Made by a program: the position numbers and the translations under genes. From a virus (Duplodnaviria > Heunggongvirae > Uroviricota > Caudoviricetes), in the IMG/VR virus record IMGVR_UViG_2711768000_000004: DNA of 10,290 nucleotides; one strand, written 5' to 3'. Within the stretch, counting starts at the first letter, position 1, and every line of letters begins with the position of its first letter. Below the pieces are notes generated by a model, which ran no database searches, was not told the DNA's origin, and saw only the letters and a program-made list of their open reading frames with translations. Shown here piece by piece: positions 7,693 through 10,290 of this stretch.

Positions 7693-7722
7693 AATATAGC
7701 CCCGGACAATGTGTCTGGTCAA
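7693..7722 (-). promoter_or_regulatory. Candidate late promoter PR' with adjoining Q-utilisation region
   Basis: Minus strand TTGACC (7722-7717) begins 5 nt after the Q stop codon; -10 TATATT (7698-7693) at an 18-bp spacing. Initial transcribed region forms the hairpin CGCCAG-caaaat-CTGGCG. Position matches PR' in lambdoid phages. Confidence 0.55.
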
Positions 7723-7726
7723 GCAC

Positions 7727-8113
7727 CTACATAATTCGTTCTACGTATCTGTCCATCTCCAGCCGGATATCAAGCATCATCAACATGCCATCAATAACCC
7801 CTTCCGCTTTCTGCAGGCGCTTGCCAATACAGGTATCCGAACACCCATGTTTCCGTGCCAGACTCATAAAAGTCATTCCACCTACGTAATAATCCACCAG
7901 CAAATCGTGCAAATCCTGATTTTTCTTGTTCAACCGGGCCATACAGCCACAAATTATCATTGCATCATCATCAGAACACTGAGGGCGTGATTTCACTTTC
8001 GACGGAATTAACCCTTTAAAACCAGCAGCGATCGACGCCCAGGATACATCTTCATGAGTGTTTGCAGCCCAAGCCCCCCACCGTTCCATAACCTGCTGAA
8101 TATCACGCGCCAT
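7727..8113 (-). CDS. Q: Late-gene antiterminator Q (QuuD / DLP12-type)
   Basis: [61 protein letters not shown]... closely matches E. coli QuuD as I recall it. ATG at 8113-8111 with AGGTGA upstream; overlaps the rusA 3' end. Confidence 0.9.
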   Translation of the reverse strand: MARDIQQVMERWGAWAANTHEDVSWASIAAGFKGLIPSKVKSRPQCSDDDAMIICGCMARLNKKNQDLHDLLVDYYVGGMTFMSLARKHGCSDTCIGKRLQKAEGVIDGMLMMLDIRLEMDRYVERIM

Positions 8114-8474
8114 CGTTATCACCTGTGATTTCATAAATCTTCACGCCCAGTCGCCCACCAGGAACGAGCTGACCGCGCACAATATTGATTTCATCAAACT
8201 GCTCGTCGTCTATGAGTAGTCCGGCATGCGTCAGCGCATCCAGTGGTGCTTTCAGGATATTGTCCAGGTCACGACGGCGCTTATCCGGTGGCTCTGCAAT
8301 AATCTTTATCGCCAGCCTTCCGGACAGGTTTAATTTCAGCCGCTGCTGGCGAACAATTAGCGTCACATCACGGCGATAACGCTCACCAACTTTTGATACA
8401 AAATATGTGCTGCCACGACGTCGCCAGTAAGTATTCACCGTCGGCGGATAAGGTAAAATAAACTCATGGCGCAT
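8103..8474 (-). CDS. rusA: Holliday-junction resolvase RusA
   Basis: 123 aa, [21 protein letters not shown]...[24 protein letters not shown], typical RusA. Start ATG (8474-8472) overlaps the upstream gene stop (ATGA). Confidence 0.95.
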   Translation of the reverse strand: MRHEFILPYPPTVNTYWRRRGSTYFVSKVGERYRRDVTLIVRQQRLKLNLSGRLAIKIIAEPPDKRRRDLDNILKAPLDALTHAGLLIDDEQFDEINIVRGQLVPGGRLGVKIYEITGDNDGA

Positions 8475-8716
8475 CAGCGCAGCACCTCCTGCACCATTTT
8501 TTCAAACTTTCCAACTTTGGTTTCCAGCTCTGCCACACAATCAACGAGCTCATCCACCGCTTTTTGTGCGCGATGTTTCGCCTGCATCAGTTCCCTGAGC
8601 GCTGGCACCATATCCCGACGAATGGCATCTTTTGTTACACCTGTTTTTTCCAGTTGTTCCGCCTGTCGCAACATTTCCTGCGCGTGTTTACGCAATTGTT
8701 CAGAGGTAAAAGTCAT
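8474..8716 (-). CDS. Small helical/coiled-coil protein of unknown function
   Basis: MTFTSEQLRKHAQEMLRQAEQLEKTGVTKDAIRRDMVPALRELMQAKHRAQKAVDELVDCVAELETKVGKFEKMVQEVLR, translationally coupled to rusA. Start is ATG 8716 or TTG 8731 (the TTG overlaps the dnaB stop). Confidence 0.5.
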   Translation of the reverse strand: MTFTSEQLRKHAQEMLRQAEQLEKTGVTKDAIRRDMVPALRELMQAKHRAQKAVDELVDCVAELETKVGKFEKMVQEVLR

Positions 8717-8727
8717 TGTCTGGTTGT

Positions 8728-10119
8728 TCAAAAGAAACGCTCCATCTTACTGCTGTCGGTACGTGTATTGCTGTATCTGCGCGGCTGGGGCTGCCGCATT
8801 GGGGTGGAAAGAACCTGTGCGCTTTCCTGGTCCACAGGCAGAAAATGTCCGTTATAAAAACGCCGGTAAATCGTCCCCAGAGAACCGTTACGTTGTTTCG
8901 TGATATTAATTTCTGCTATGCCTGTAGCCTGTGTATCCGGGTTGTACACTTCATCCCTGTAAAGCATCAGAATGATGTCTGCATCCGCCTCTATTTCTCC
9001 GGAATTTTTCAGGTCTGAGTTCATGGGACGTTTATTGGGTCTGGACTCCACACCGCGGGAGAGCTGGCTCAGCGCAATCAACGGAAAACCACCGGATTTT
9101 GCCAGGCCTTTAAGCCCCTTTGAGATTTCACCCACGGCAAGGTCATGACGCCCCGTGGTTCGGGTTTTTATCAGCCCGAGATAATCAACCACCACCAGCG
9201 CCGTTTCCGGATGTTTAATCAGATGGTGTTTCGTTGTTGCGCATATCTCATCAATGGTCAGGTTCGCCTGGTCCACCATCCAGATATTGCGCCCGGTCAT
9301 CCGCCCCACCCCTTGTGAGAAACGCGCCCAGTCTTCATCTTCAAAGTGAGCCACAGATTTCAGGCGTGATACTGGCATCCCTCCAGCCGCAGACACCATA
9401 CGTTCACCAATCTGGATGTTCGCCATCTCCATGGTGAACAGAAGCACACCATGCCCCTGCTCAGTCACCTTGTCGATGATGTCCAGCGCAAGTTCGGTTT
9501 TCCCCATCGAAGGACGGGCGGCAATGAATACCAGGTCTCCGGGCTCCATACCGCCTGTTTTTGCGTCCAGTTCATCAATACCGGTCATCAACGTCCTGGA
9601 TTTCTCCAGCCCCTGATTCCGGCATTCAACACGCTCAACCACTTCCGGAAGCACATCATCAATATGTACCGGCTGAATGACGCCCTTTCCTGTCGACAGT
9701 GTGACCATCATGTTCTGCGCATCCTTCAGGGCATCTTCAGCTGCTTCACAGGTATGCGCATCACGTAATTTCTGCAGCGCCTCATTCAGTGTTTTTTCTG
9801 CATCGCGCAGTGCGGCATTGCGCCGCAACGCTGCAACATAGTGCTCCAGTGAAGACTTCACCCAGGTTTTACGCCCGGTATCAGTAATCACCGGGGCAAG
9901 TTCCGGCATCTCATTACACAACAGCACGGGGTCAATCACTCCTGAAACACGGGCCTGTCTGCAGATGCCTGTGTAGATATCCCGATACGCTCGTACAGAA
10001 AAAATGTCCGCCGGTAGTGTGATCAGAATATCCATCACTTCATGATCTGCCCCACGCAGAAAGAATGCGCCAATGACAGCGCCTTCCAGGTCATCATTAC
10101 GCCAGACTGGTGTTGTCAT
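8728..10119 (-). CDS. Replicative DNA helicase, DnaB family (phage-encoded)
   Basis: 463-aa product with DnaB N-terminal domain, Walker A (ARPSMGKTELALD), Walker B / arginine-finger region (ADADIILMLYRDEVYNPD) and KRPMNSDLKNSGEIE. ATG at 10119-10117 with GAGGTG upstream. The six-frame ORF extends to 10260 only because it runs into IS2. Confidence 0.9.
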   Translation of the reverse strand: MTTPVWRNDDLEGAVIGAFFLRGADHEVMDILITLPADIFSVRAYRDIYTGICRQARVSGVIDPVLLCNEMPELAPVITDTGRKTWVKSSLEHYVAALRRNAALRDAEKTLNEALQKLRDAHTCEAAEDALKDAQNMMVTLSTGKGVIQPVHIDDVLPEVVERVECRNQGLEKSRTLMTGIDELDAKTGGMEPGDLVFIAARPSMGKTELALDIIDKVTEQGHGVLLFTMEMANIQIGERMVSAAGGMPVSRLKSVAHFEDEDWARFSQGVGRMTGRNIWMVDQANLTIDEICATTKHHLIKHPETALVVVDYLGLIKTRTTGRHDLAVGEISKGLKGLAKSGGFPLIALSQLSRGVESRPNKRPMNSDLKNSGEIEADADIILMLYRDEVYNPDTQATGIAEINITKQRNGSLGTIYRRFYNGHFLPVDQESAQVLSTPMRQPQPRRYSNTRTDSSKMERFF

Positions 10120-10222
10120 GCAGCCACACCTCTGATACAAGAACGGTAGCTGGGCCAGTTGAACGACAACCAGTTGCGCCCCCCGTCTGTGATCCTGTCG
10201 GCAATGCGGGGGCTGATGAACG
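10116..10222 (-). pseudogene. C-terminal remnant (about 35 codons) of an upstream replication-initiation gene truncated by IS2
   Basis: Open frame ...AFISPRIADRITDGGRNWLSFNWPSYRSCIRGVAA-stop ends with a TGA that overlaps the dnaB ATG (ATGA coupling). The frame is cut at the IS2 terminus at 10222/10223. The replication role is inferred from position only. Confidence 0.4.
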
Positions 10223-10290
10223 CTGGATTTGCCCCTATATTTCCAGACACCTGTTATCACTTAACCCATTACTGGCTTGCTGCCGTAGAT
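10223..10290 (-). mobile_element. IS2 right end (IRR and 3' end of orfB); element body continues beyond the window
   Basis: Reverse complement of 10223-10290 reads ...CGGCAGCAAGCCAGTAATGGGTTAAGTGATAACAGGTGTCTGGAAATATAGGGGCAAATCCA, the IS2 orfB C-terminus (...NGLSDNRCLEI-stop) and terminal repeat as I recall them. Confidence 0.75.

Noticed and set aside
7350-7722. Minus-strand ORFs 7350-7580 and 7498-7722 in the Q-proximal intergenic region
   Set aside because: They span promoter and terminator elements, lack start context and have low-complexity translations; the region is better explained as regulatory.
8185-9768. Plus-strand ORFs (8185-8379, 8466-8903, 8564-8857, 8716-9018, 9234-9768) antisense to rusA, the small gene and dnaB
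   Set aside because: Shadow ORFs inside strongly supported minus-strand genes; Ser/Cys-rich translations.
10120-10260. N-terminal extension of the dnaB ORF to 10260 (MITGVWKYRGKSSVHQPPHC...)
   Set aside because: The extension reads through the truncated upstream gene remnant and into the IS2 terminus; the true start is the ATG at 10119 with a GAGGTG site.

Overview
This window reads as one minus-strand segment of a lambdoid prophage from an E. coli-like enterobacterium, damaged by IS2 and interrupted by two N runs. I do not see a clearly novel multi-gene system; the unexplained parts are two non-coding stretches and the N-masked gaps. All homology statements are from reading the translations and from memory of the named families, not from database searches. 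Order in the direction of transcription (right to left): an IS2 terminus (10223-10290) abutting a 35-codon remnant of a replication gene; a DnaB-family helicase; a small helical protein; RusA; a QuuD-type antiterminator Q; two tandem promoter/terminator modules; an ORF6N-domain gene that runs into a 161-N gap; a tight cluster of four tRNA genes (CAU, UCU, UGU, UCC anticodons) with their own promoter; about 566 bp with no convincing gene; a 35-N gap and an aberrant IS2 fragment that has replaced all but the last 7 codons of the holin gene; then SAR endolysin, Rz with embedded Rz1, HNH endonuclease, a candidate cos region, terminase small and large subunits, a small membrane protein and an HK97-family portal gene. 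No Shiga toxin genes and no CRISPR array are present.
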